The position numbers and the translations under genes were made by a program. From Laetmonice hystrix (Eukaryota), in assembly GCA_965235115.1 (NCBI GenBank), contig OZ249436.1, forward strand, positions 31,932,001 to 31,996,000: 64,000 nucleotides of DNA. Reading direction: 5' to 3'. Position 1 is the first letter of the stretch, and each line of letters opens with the position of its first letter. This document shows, piece after piece, positions 25,856-37,730 of the stretch. The notes beneath the pieces are model-generated. The model made no database searches. It was not told the origin of the DNA and saw nothing but the letters and a program-made list of their open reading frames with translations.

Positions 25856-25942
25856 CTGCCACCTTTGCCGGACCATTGGCAGCTGGCGTAGCACTCACGT
25901 TACCTGTTGGGGGCATGTTACCTGATGGAGCAGCCACTGCAC
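25856..25942 (-). CDS. CaMKII: Candidate linker cassette exon (S)AVAAPSGNMPPTGNVSATPAANGPAKVA
   Basis: 87 nt, phase 1-1, open, Ala/Pro/Gly/Ser linker-like composition. Donor CAG|GTATGT; CTAAC branch motif upstream but a weak pyrimidine tract. Confidence 0.55.
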
Positions 25943-26104
25943 CTGTTTTGACATAATCGTCATTATGTTGGTTAGATCGAAACTGGTTTAGCACACACCT
26001 TTTCTAATGCAACTAGTTGTCTACAAAACCAGCCGAGTCTTCTCTTCCAGCGGTCGGCATCGACCAGCGGGCACGACTTAAACGTCGTTATTACCCGTAC
26101 AAAA

Positions 26105-26270
26105 GGGCACTGAAGGCACAATACCCTCATGAAACGGACACTGACGGCACAGTGCCCTCATGAAACGAGCACGGCAGGCACGATGCCCTCATGCATTGGG
26201 TAGGGGCACGGAACCCTATTGAAACGTTGAAAGGCATGGTTCCCTCATGGAACGGGTAGTGAAGGCATGC
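26105..26270. repeat. Degenerate tandem repeat, about 31-bp unit (GGCAC...GGCAC..TGCCCTCATGAAAC), 5-6 units
   Basis: Recurring CCCTCATG(A/G)AAC and GGCAC motifs at regular spacing. Confidence 0.7.
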
Positions 26271-29200
26271 GGCATGAACAAAACTGGTCAATGGTCAAGT
26301 ATTCAGTGTGGCCGGCCTATAATCACACCATGCAAAAATCTGTCGTCTTCAGCAAAGTCCTCCACAAAACCGGAAGTCACTTACATCTTCGGCCCAATGA
26401 GCAATTCAGTTCGTGAATCAGTAAAATGTCGACTCACTTTAAATAAAAAGTGTGAAATGGAGTAGTCTTGATTGCCTGAAAGGTCTGGCAAAAGACTTTC
26501 AATGTTTTCAGGGTTTACAAAAAGAGGGACCAAAAATCGCTTTAAGGCCCACGTCAGAAATTTCTTTTGGGAGGGAGCAAAAAGAAAAGGAACTGTAACA
26601 TTGCATTACACTAAGGTATAGCATAACAGTCAAGAGTACTAAAAATATGGGAGGGGCGGGGTCAGCACCTGAAAAACTTCAGAAACACAGCACTGATGAC
26701 AAAGATTGGGCACGAGTGTAACTGAATGAAATGGGGCAGGACAAAACAGAAGAACAGCAGCAACTTCTGGGAGGCCCAAATCTGGCCCAACTACTGCAAC
26801 CAATCAGCTGCAACTTCGACAGATCGTCAACCCGCAAAGGTGCAAAACGTCTGATAGCGGCCAGAAGCCAGAGTCGACGTGACTTCTAATATTTGGTAGT
26901 CACATCTTAATGATCTTTGGAATTCTAGGAAATAGGATAGCCGAGTTGTGTTCAACCAGTAAGTGGGGTTTTTTTTAATGATAAGGCATAAAAAGCTAAG
27001 GCATATAAAAGCTGGTCTTGCCAGAGTTAAGTGCCGAGATATACTATGTGTTTTGTAGCTATGAGCAATACACATCAACCCGGCAGTTTTCTTGTAGTGT
27101 TAGAGTACGCATGCAATACATTATGCCTACATGTGGTTTCTGGTTTAAAACATTTCAATTGATATGATCTTTCCTAGTTGCTTTTTTTTATGATTATTCC
27201 TTGTATAGCTTCAATTATAAATAAATGATTATGAGTGAGTGTATGGTTACAAAGCGGCCTGGCTAAGCCTCCACTATATTTGCACCTCTCTAGGTTTTAC
27301 CCATGGCACTACACGAATTGAGCCAATCGCATGCACAGTTCCTACAATCGGCAAGCTCAAATTCAGGTCATCCACAAGAAAGCGCATGTGTGAGAAAGAG
27401 AAAATGTAAACAATAGAATGGATATAAAACCCGACACATTTGTTTCAGTGCTGGTGTATACGGACGGCTTTGTGACCAGCTAGTATATTAGATGTGCCGT
27501 AGGTGGCGCTGGCGGTTGTGAAGGTGGGCGCGGGTGTTGATAGGATCCGCTATCAGTGCAAAGACTTCCAAAATGTGAAATTCATTAAAGTACTACATGC
27601 AAAATGACTTTCTGCACTGATTTGGATCAAGTCTCTACAAAAATTTCAAAGCGAGGGCCATTTTCTTCAATCTACTTTTCTTGTTCCTTCTGGTTCAAAT
27701 CAATCATGCGGTAATTCCCAGAATTTTCAAGAAGAGAGAATGCAGAAAAGAGCTTCAGACTGGGAATTCAAAGACAAGAATACAATTTATGCTAATGACA
27801 TCAGAGCTGTCAGCCTCGTGCGACAGCTGACAATTCAGTGGATATCCCTTTTGCAAGAGAATGTCACCGTGCTGCACTGTGGAATCACTTCCACACTAGA
27901 GTGGGCAGCAACAGTTTTTTTTTTTTTGCTGTGCCGCCTTCTCCGTAAGGCACTCTCTGTGGGGAACCTTTGAGCAAGCCTTAAGTGTCTATGTTCTTCA
28001 TATCTCATTCAGCCTTGCCTGAATGCTGCCGGTTCCGCGTGGCGGGCGTGAAGGGCCTAGGTCGAGGAGGCGGAGGTGGAGGGGGCGGTCTGGTTTACAT
28101 ACCCGACCTTACCACCGCTAACGGACGCTATCAAAAACTCGATCCGAGGTGGGCATGACTCAACAGTTGAATCAACACTACGGGATTCTGGTCGGTACCG
28201 CAGGCTGGTCTGGTCGGGCAATGAACACCTGGTCTGGTGTATACCAGCCAGCATGTCCAGCTTACAAAGTGCCCGCTTCTTATTGAACCGGACAAGTCAA
28301 CTACATCGACAAGATAGATAGATAGAACGCCCTCTGGCTGAATTTGCCCGGATGCTGTATCGTACTGTACTATACTGTACTGTACAGAATATATCCAGTA
28401 CTGGTTGGGTTGTTTCTAAACAATCATAAATTCCGTCTGAATCTGAATAAAAGTATTTCCAAACCGACTAACAACATTAGTTTGGTACTCAACAATTTAC
28501 AAATAATTTTGTTAATGGGAAATGGGGTTGACGTTGATGGCGCCCTCCATCATGCAAGAAACGGCAGCATAGAGACTACAGGCCTTCACTCAGACTGTGC
28601 TGAAACCTGGTACCAGAGTCTAAACTGAGAGAGCCAAAACTGCCCCTCATTTGAAAAGGTAGTATTAAAAAATCAAAAACCAAATTAGTTATGAATGTAA
28701 ATAATGGTAAGTGTAAAACCGGGCTGGGAAGTATACAGACGAATGTTCACTTACTTTTGTCACCCTTATCACCCTTGTTTACTAGATGGGGTGCAAAGAG
28801 AACAGGTCAAGAACAACATGGTCATTACACAGTTCATGCTACATATATACATTGTACATCACAACGGAAGGCAACAACAGTGGCGCCATCTGCAGCCAAC
28901 GTGAGAGAAACTCAGACACGTTTCGGCAGACTGTGTTGTTCATTCTGCTGAAAGTTAGACCGGCCCATAATTAGCTCCCTGAAGAGGTTTCAAAATCCGA
29001 ATTAAAAAACTCTTGGATTATCAATAATGACGACTGCTGCAAGGGGACCTGGGTTACATTTTACTATGGATACCACTAGGAGGCACGAATGATCCGTCCG
29101 ATTTAAAAATCAGATTGCGTTTCATCGTATAATCAGTCGGGTTGCTGCTTTCTACATAATTAAATAGTTCGAACAAGCATGATTTATAAGCTATTAATAA

Positions 29201-30022
29201 TACTGAAATGAGGAATGGGGCAGTCTACTCAGAGCCAACTCTGAACACTTGTTGCACGTCCCCCCATTCAGGCCATCACCAATACAACAGTTCAAAGTTT
29301 CCAGTGAATGCGACGTCAGAAGAGGTTAAAATTTCAGATTATCTGGCCCCCTACTGGTATGTTTGGACATATTCAAATGAACATTTTCCCATGAGCTTCT
29401 ACACATCTGAGCCCCCCCCCCCCACCAAAAAAATAAACCTTACACAAAGATCCCCCATTTACTAAATTTCAGTCATGCTAGTTTCCCTAGTGCACGTCTG
29501 AAAAAACAAAACCATAAATAAGATATGGAATGCAAGTTTCTTCTTTTTTTCATAACCCCTGGTGTTGCCAAAATGTACTAGTGCGACTGCTGAAAATGGT
29601 GAAAAACACACCCAGTACTGCTGAGATGGACTCCAATTAATACATACGGCTCATGCAAGTTGGCACTGCATACCTTATTTGGCTTCTGTGGTACGTGGCC
29701 AATCTTCGATATGATACTCGGGTAGAAACCCAGCATACATGGACGTACGTGTCACTACACTTAGTGGGTCCTTATCTAAAAGCTCCGGCTAAACATTCTA
29801 ATTAGCTATTCTAATCATGTCAAAAATACACCTTAACTTCTTAGAAAAACACCAATTACATGCAGACAATTATGTATGCGATCGGAAATAAAGAAGACGG
29901 GAATTGATGTCACTGTTATCTGAAAACCAGTGCTAGCGTTCGTCTAAAGATTTCAGTTTTCATTCTGTCCACAGGTAAATCAACAAGGTCTTCAAAACGC
30001 GAGAAATGTGTGGGAGACTTAC

Positions 30023-30065
30023 TTGAAAAGTTACGTGTGGCCAGCATGGTTGTGAGGATAGCACC
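30023..30065 (-). CDS. CaMKII: CaMKII exon GAILTTMLATRNFS (CaM-binding C-terminal half, inhibitory Thr-Thr)
   Basis: 43 nt, tacag/gtaagt ends, phase 0-1, invariant CaMKII peptide. Confidence 0.98.
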
Positions 30066-30824
30066 CTGTAAGCAGAGATCAAATACAAAACGGTATTAAA
30101 AGTTCAAACCTTCCCATCATTAATATTGGAAATATGTATTTCCACAACCTCACCAAGGCATTTCCCTTTATGACGTCTGTGCCATTCTGATGCCACTGCT
30201 TCAATATGTTGTGATTTATATTTAAAGGATAGAACCAATTTCCGGAATCAGGTGACAACCAGCCACCAAATATTAGAGCCTGACATTCTACCTTTAAATT
30301 AGAAATCGCACGGACACCTGAGGAATAATCGCACCGATGGGTTTGGCTCTTATACAAGAACGCACAGCAATCGTTTCACAAACAATAAATATATATCACA
30401 CGTTTATTGCAACATTTTTCAGCTCAGGTACGCACGCCAGTAGCGGTCTCTAAAGATCAGAGACTACTGTCAGGTGATGGTGACAATTTGATTGATCTCT
30501 TTAAAGGTTTTCGCTCTCATGTCTGGGTGGGAATGGTCTGGGGTGGCTGGTACGGGTCTAATCTGCCCCACCCCTGACCAACCGTCCCCCCGACCCGGCC
30601 GGCCCGGCTTCCCTGTGTTGGAGCGCGATCAATGCTCCCTACCGCCATGCCATGACATACTGTAGGACGCAGGCTCCAATTTGACCCAGTTATAATGCTG
30701 GCCCACTTGGTCAGGATCTGTATGCAGAATTCAGACTTGTAGCCGGAGGCCGCCGAATGAGGTGTTATCTGCCTCGTGCCAGAGCCAGTATCAGCAACGT
30801 GAGATGTATGACACCTAGGTTTCT

Positions 30825-30828
<4 letters not shown>

Positions 30829-30876
<48 letters not shown>
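30829..30876. repeat. (CTG)16 microsatellite, read as (CAG)16 on the transcribed strand
   Basis: 48 bp uninterrupted. Confidence 0.97.
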
Positions 30877-30877
<1 letters not shown>

Positions 30878-31406
30878 GAGGGCAACAACGGTTAGCCATG
30901 CCGCCTCTCAGTGTCACCATACGCACTCGTACGACATCTCCAAATTCTAAACACATCGGGACGGCGCACTCCATTTTCAATATACTACTTACTATGCGGT
31001 GACTAGACGTCTCCGAGCTGCCATTCTAACCTCCCAGTCCGTCAGTAATTACGTCCAGCAGTTGTAGATTTACAAGTCAACTTAAGATGGTCAGCCAGGG
31101 AGTGTAAACTGAGTAGGAGGCTGTCTGGACGTGACAAGCCTCACGTAATGCCTCAGGTCCTCCCCACACAGACTCACATTGTGGAGGACATGGAATGAAT
31201 GATGAGACGGCATGCCGTACACCTGACTTTAACTGGTAGCGTGATATTATCGCAGGACTCTCCTACCTCCACCGACCCCTTAACCAATCTATCAAAACTA
31301 TCTAAAGAGAGTGCCTTATCGTTCGTATATCATGCCGTCACCAGTCTACTTCCACATTAGACAGAGATAATATTCAAAAGTTTCACACCGCGGCAATAAC
31401 GTCAAG

Positions 31407-31596
31407 GACATACTGTAGGACGCAGGCTCCAATTTGACCCAGTTAAAATGCTGGTCCACTCGGTCAGGATCTGTATGCAGAATCTGAGAGGTTAGAATGG
31501 CAGCTCGGAGACGTCTAGTCACCGCATAGTAAGTAGTATATAGAAAATGGAGTGCGCCGTCCCGATGTGTTTAGAATTTGGAGATGTCTTACGAGT
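31407..31596. repeat. Composite local duplication: direct copy of 30654-30730 joined to an inverted copy of 30925-31037
   Basis: 77-bp direct copy and 113-bp inverted copy, each with about 3 mismatches by eye, abutting at 31483/31484. Confidence 0.93.
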
Positions 31597-33822
31597 ATTA
31601 AAATTAGAACGGATGAACCTCTGATTACAACATAGAGGGAATCTGGTCTCCTGACAACCCCCTGTAAACCCCTTCATAAATCACTGGGACTTCCACGCCC
31701 CCTGGTGGATGTCCGTGACGTTGTCCCAGCAATAATTCACGTTTCTGGAGTTCTAATATTTCGCCATTAAGTCACCAAATTTCGACACGTTTTGACGTCG
31801 ACCTGGCTTAATTTTTGCCTAAAAATAAAAACATAATAGCTCGGGAAAAGATTATTTTCAGCTGGCGACTGAATAATGAGATATTATTCTCATCGTGCCC
31901 CTAGCACTCTGGGGGCGAGGTTCAAGGGGTTGTATATTTGACGATCATTTAAAACTGGTGAGTATTATCAAACGATTCGTGCTCAGTCAGCCATTTTCAC
32001 TGGACAGGCGCTTTTGGTCAACAACTTTTCAACTGATAAACGTTTTTCTGCAAATTACGCTATTTATACGAACACTCATATATTTCAGAAGTCACGGCCA
32101 GATCAGATTCGATCAATGGCTCTTCCTCCCATAATGTCCCATGTATAGTCTGTGACTATAAAACCTCCTGATATTGGGATATATAAATCAGACTCCTGCA
32201 GGCACCTGCTCACTCGGAGCAGCAGGCTGCGGGAATAATACCGCCCTAAAAAAACCCTTACATTTTCTGACACGTTAACTCCTGACACACACTGGACCGT
32301 ACGCACCGCGCAATCCCGATTTACTGACCCATTTCCGAATCCACTGATAACCTGACTGAACTATAGATTTATCAAAATAGACAAGTAGTACTGCCTTCGC
32401 TGCTTCCAAAACGGGAGCCATTCAAGTTTATACGACCTTGGGAAATGGTGGTCACAAAATTACAATTGTAGGTCATTAAGGTTTCTCTCTTATCTATAAT
32501 GTAACAGATCCATATTGTACATGCGCCACCTATCCTCAACACTTGGTACCAGAGGATGTCGAACGGTGGCAGCACAGTTTGCCCTGTCATCCACAACCCC
32601 GCACTTGTAATGGAGGACATGTGTGGACTGTGGGTATCCTCATCCTCATCTGGCAGTGGTAGAAGAGTTTAACACCTTCTCCATACCAGGCCACACGAAT
32701 ACTGCCTAAATTAGGTACAAATCTCGTTTTCTTGTGACTAATGACAAAAAAATAATAATTAAAATTATTGTCTTTTTCAATTCAATGAAACATTTTGCCC
32801 GCAATTTTAGCAAGAAAAACCATGAAATTAAGTAATTTGTGGCGGTATCCTCTATTTAAGGACTCCCAATTATCATATTGAGAATTTTCGATTTTCGAAT
32901 GTCTGTCATGCCCGATAAGAACAGTCAACTGCAAATAATATGTATAAATTTTATACCATAACGAGTTCTTCTGTGATAAGCATGAGATGCCATGTGGGTA
33001 CTGATAAGTTATTTCAAACAAAAAGCGTCCTGCAAAAGTGTTATCCCCCCCCCGACCCAAAAAACAAAAACAAAACAAAGCAAAACCAAAAAAAACCACA
33101 AAAACACGTATTATAGAAAAAAGGTTTCTGTCTACCTACAGGCCATGAGGTTGACTTTGATAATGCATTAGCACACCTGAGCGACTGGTTTTACATGGGC
33201 CGATCAATACTAATATGTATCACCATATCCCACAGGCACTTCATGATATAGAGTAACCCCCCACCAACCCTGCTTCACCTCTGACACCCTGCGTGTTCTC
33301 AATGATCTGCGGCTTTTTATAGGCAGCCTTGATCTCCTTTGAGCTTTATTACGTTAAGGATGACGCACATATTCCATCTAGCATTAGAGCGTGTGAATTT
33401 ATCGGGATTCCATGTGAAGCCGCCAGATACGACTACCACAACTTACGGTTAACCCTGTGCTATAGAAATACAACAATCCCACCATTTATGACTTCTACAA
33501 GCTGCCCACCAAATCTTTGTCTCTCTGGTTGAATCTGTGCCAAATGAAATAAACCGTAAAATACTACCTTTTGTATAGCGTCTGAGCAATACTACAGCAC
33601 GTTCCTGTTCCCGTGTTACACTAAGTAAAGGCCATAAAACGGTTGGAACTTTTTAAACACTGAATTGTACTGATAATGAACAATGATATCAGTTTGTTAC
33701 TGATACTCTCGGATTATCAATGATCAAGTTCTGATTGGGCATTATGTTATCAGTACTGGTATAGCGAACGCGATATGAAACATATCTTCATGACGTGTGT
33801 TGGCTTGCCATGCCATACTCAC

Positions 33823-34158
33823 ATCATTTTCCTTGACATGATTTAACCATTTCTGATTACATGTCGGACAGTACACCACCGATTCATCCCCAGTATTCGG
33901 CGGCGGCGGCGTCTCGCTGACCTGCTTCTGACGGTTCCCGCTGGGTGGCCGATCTCCTTCTGCTGCGAGTGGGGCCATTCTGCAGGAGTCCTGAAGCCAA
34001 CTGTTGCTGGTGGAAGGCCACCTGGCGGAGGTTTCGGTGGGGTCCTTGGTTGACGGTGCTGACTCCTGGCTGTGCGGTGCCATGGGAGTCTTGCTGCGGC
34101 CGGGAGTGAGACAGATCTCGGGGCTGTGGTCCCTAGACCGGCTCGGACTAGAGCCCAT
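33823..34158 (-). CDS. CaMKII: Candidate alternative first coding exon of a kinase-less CaMKII isoform (MGSSPSRSRDHSPE...YCPTCNQKWLNHVKEND, 112 aa)
   Basis: GCCATGG Kozak, MGxxxS motif, GC-rich open frame. Phase-0 donors GAT|GTGAGT (33823) and CAG|GTCAGC (33922) match the phase-0 GAILTT exon. Confidence 0.55.
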
Positions 34159-36199
34159 GGCCCTTACCGTCACGTCGAGCCCCTTGGGTCATCTCTTTTC
34201 AAATCCTCGCAAAAGCATCCTTCTCCGGTCCTTTACCTCCACACACTACGGCGCCCTGCGAGTCTTTAATCAAGCCCCATTGTCGCACGGCCGGAGGTGG
34301 GTTCAATGGTAATTCGTTGAGAAACCCAGCTCACCTTGATTCACACAGGGAAGAATAACACACACTGTATGACTGAATCATGCCCGCGCGCTATGGTATC
34401 TATGGATTGCCCACAGCGCATGATCATGACGACATTGTAATCCAGTTAGTGAAACCAATCTCCGTCGTGAGAAACCAGCGCAGGCTCCGTGCAGCCTCGG
34501 CCGCCATGGCATAATCTGACAGAAGAGATCTCTATAAAAAGAATGTCTCGTTTGCAAGCAGACTGGCACGTTGACTTGCACACGGCAGATTGGTTACATA
34601 GGGGGAGCGAGTCACTATTGATCTCTCCCATGCACACGCAGATTAGAGAGAGGCAGTTAAAAATAAAAGCCGCTGTCCTTGAGCCTGTTCAATGCGCACG
34701 TGGAGAGCTTTGTGCCGGCCTGGTGTTTCCGGCCTGTCTGTCTCTGGGCTCGTTTCCAGCGCCATCCCCGTCAGATCCGACATACGAGTTACGAACAATG
34801 TTCTAGAAAGTCGGCACAGGTGACGCCTAACTCAGAGTGATACACAACCGACCCAGGTGGTCGGGCTTCATACCACCTCATAGACGCCGCATCATTAACT
34901 GCGCCAATTGGAGAATTCTAGCTGCCATGGCAACCATGATCAGACCAGATGAAGGTGGGTCTTTCTCTAGCAATCACCACCACCAGAGGCAGACCCGGAG
35001 TTAGTTCACTTCGTACCGACTGCTGGCTTATACACACCGTCGCCTGACACAGGTATGGGAGGTTGGTCTACAGAACCACAGGTTATATTCTTCACTTATC
35101 GGTGACCAATCAATGCCGTTTGTAAGCACTCCCTGCACCACCACCCGTCCCCCACCGGCCTCAGCAGAAACCTCGCGCAAGCCCACACCATCCTTCCCAA
35201 GAAATCCTAGCTCAAAGTTACCCCCACCGAGACAACCCCACCCCCACCCATATACACGCATAAACTTGTTTCTTGTTTTTCTGTCCCTAAGAAATTACAA
35301 ACTTTTAACTCTCTATCCCCATTCCCGTCTTATTTCTTCCCCCCCTGCCCCCTTAGCCCCAGAGAAGTCAAATCCTTCACGCGCCACTCCCACTTTACAA
35401 CCTTTTACCCCCATCCCCATCAACAGCCTCACAATTACCCCACCTCCAGCACCCCTCACATTTACCCCCCCCCCACACACACACACACACACACCCTCCC
35501 AGGCAGTTCCCACTGACGTAGCTTGGCGAGTCTCTGGCATCAGAAACAGATTATTGACTGTCACCTGTAGTAATACCTATGAAATCATTGAAAGAAGTAT
35601 TGGCTATGTCCGACTATCCGGTTACCAACTCAAGTCTTCTGACTATCCATAATACAGGTTGGTCTGCTCGGTCTATCAGACTAGGGTAAGCTAGGCTCAC
35701 CGACCGCGGGGGCGATGGGTCGTTGGGGGTGATCCAAAATTAGCGCAATGATGATGATTTAATTCCTGATGATAAACTGACGGGCGGGGAAGGGGTCGTA
35801 CCAAGTCACCGAACCTAACCCTACTTGACTAAATACTCGCCTCTTTCCTGTTTAACACCCCTCCCCTTACTTCTGCAACGTCAAGGTGCAAACGTATTCT
35901 CTACGGCAATCTTCCTTTTGATCCTTCTTTAAGTTCTCCCGTCTCGGTATTTAAGTGTCCTATGTACTATCTCTGCTATTAGAGCTTGGACTGCTTTCCC
36001 TTCATGCCTTTAAATCATTTAATCAAATTAATGGTTCACACCGCAGGATTCTGATCCCTGAGTAGGCCTACCTTTCCGAGGACTCATTAAAGTGGCACTA
36101 TTTTTTCGCCCCAGGAAGTTGACCCCTCCCATATAGATCCCCTGCACTTATCGTAATAAATTTGAGTGGAACCAACCCGATTTACTGTGAGAACCGACG

Positions 36200-37730
36200 A
36201 TGTACCATGATGGTATCATGCCTGCGTCTCCGCGCCATTTTGCCATGTTGCCTCGGCTGGGTAACGGGGGAATTCCGTCGATGCGCGCGCATAACCACGT
36301 GACTGCATCTACTTCCCGAGAGGAGCACGCGGAAAATGGCGGACAGCGAACAGGAGGTTAGGCATGTTAGGGGAACGGGCTCCGGGCCCCCTACTGCGGT
36401 CCCTACACACACAGACACCCCCCACCCCGGCCCTCGCCACCTCGCCTGCCGAACGTGTCACTGAGTCAGTGAGTGGCAGCCCGACGAACGGCGGTGCTCT
36501 GAGAGAGACGGCAGCGTCACGGTTCGCCCCGCGGGTGGGAAGGCTGCCGCTGGCACACACTCATTTTGAACTCGCGATTTTTCATAAACTACGCTACGCA
36601 TCGTTATCAGACTTAGACTAGGGTCTACAACATAGAAATATTATATGCTAGTGTAAAGTTCGAGTAAATAGCACCCCTCCTTATGCGCGTGTTAACGGGC
36701 ACCGGGGCCTCGGCAGCTCGGCTGAGTCGCGTAGCACAGAACGAGTAGCACACCGAGCACACTCCTCGCGTAGCAGACTCCTCTGGCAACCGTTTTAGTG
36801 TAGCCACTACAACAAGCCCCGTTTTCTCAGCAGAGGATGAGCGATGAATATTTTATCTTAGTATATAGTCTATAGCCAATACCAGTACTAGTTTGCTCCT
36901 CCACGTACCGAGGTGCGAGCATCGACTGAAATGGCCCAGCGTGTGTTGCGGGGCGTGGGGCGGTGGGGCATTCCCCGGAAGCGGCCTAGCGGGGTATTTT
37001 GGGATGGTTGATGCAATGACGTCAGTCATAGCGCCACTTGTCGACAGCGGCAGATTTGAACTCAACAACAAAAACATGGACAGTGTTTACTCGGGACCCC
37101 GGCTGGAGCACACTTTCACGGTTTTCTCGACATTGCAGCGCCTGTGAGACATCATATTTCACATGTGGGTACAAATTGACTAACTGGAACGGGGGGAGAG
37201 TGACTAGGGGACCTTTAATATCTAAATAAATGCAACGGTAATTCGGTCAACACCTGTTTCAATATTTTATCAATTGTATCCGCAAAAGGCCGACGGAAGC
37301 TGTGAACGAACGAGAACTTCTATATCTTTATCTGAGACAACTGTATTAGGTTTCTGTCGACCTTACTAATCTAGATTTGTATTCCAAATCCAAGAAGTCA
37401 TAAGTTGAACATGACAACCGTGTCAAAATCACTGGCTTCAGCGGCGCAGGCATTTGTTGCTATTGGGCTGGCCGGAAGTGACGTTCCAGGGCCCATCTAT
37501 TGGCTGCATGCCGGGGCTAGGCTAGACTAGACTAAAGTAAAGGCAGCCGAGGCGGGTCGGCAACTCAACGGGGGTCAGTCCCACAGTCACAGTCACAAAA
37601 AACGCAACAGGTCTGTGCTGAACACAGGAGTCTGACACTGCCAGCACCCGCCCGTCAACATCGCACCTCCGAGCGGGACGAATTGAATTCAGGCGGCCGA
37701 AACCCACGGCTGGAGCTTGCCCAGATCCGT
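36200..37730. promoter_or_regulatory. Intronic CpG-rich, promoter-like region
   Basis: YY1-type CGCCATTTTG (about 36233) and AAAATGGCGG (about 36333), full CRE TGACGTCA (37017-37024), ETS/half-CRE CCGGAAGTGACGT (about 37472), ATTGG box (about 37499), dense CpG. Confidence 0.45.

Noticed and set aside
30757..31002. Poly-Leu and poly-Ser ORFs
   Set aside because: Alternative readings of the CTG/CAG tract. Only the Gln frame has matching splice phases.
32605..32649. 45-nt symmetric exon candidate (ccactgccag ... CAA|GTGCGG)
   Set aside because: Moderate sites only, ambiguous frame and no recognisable peptide.
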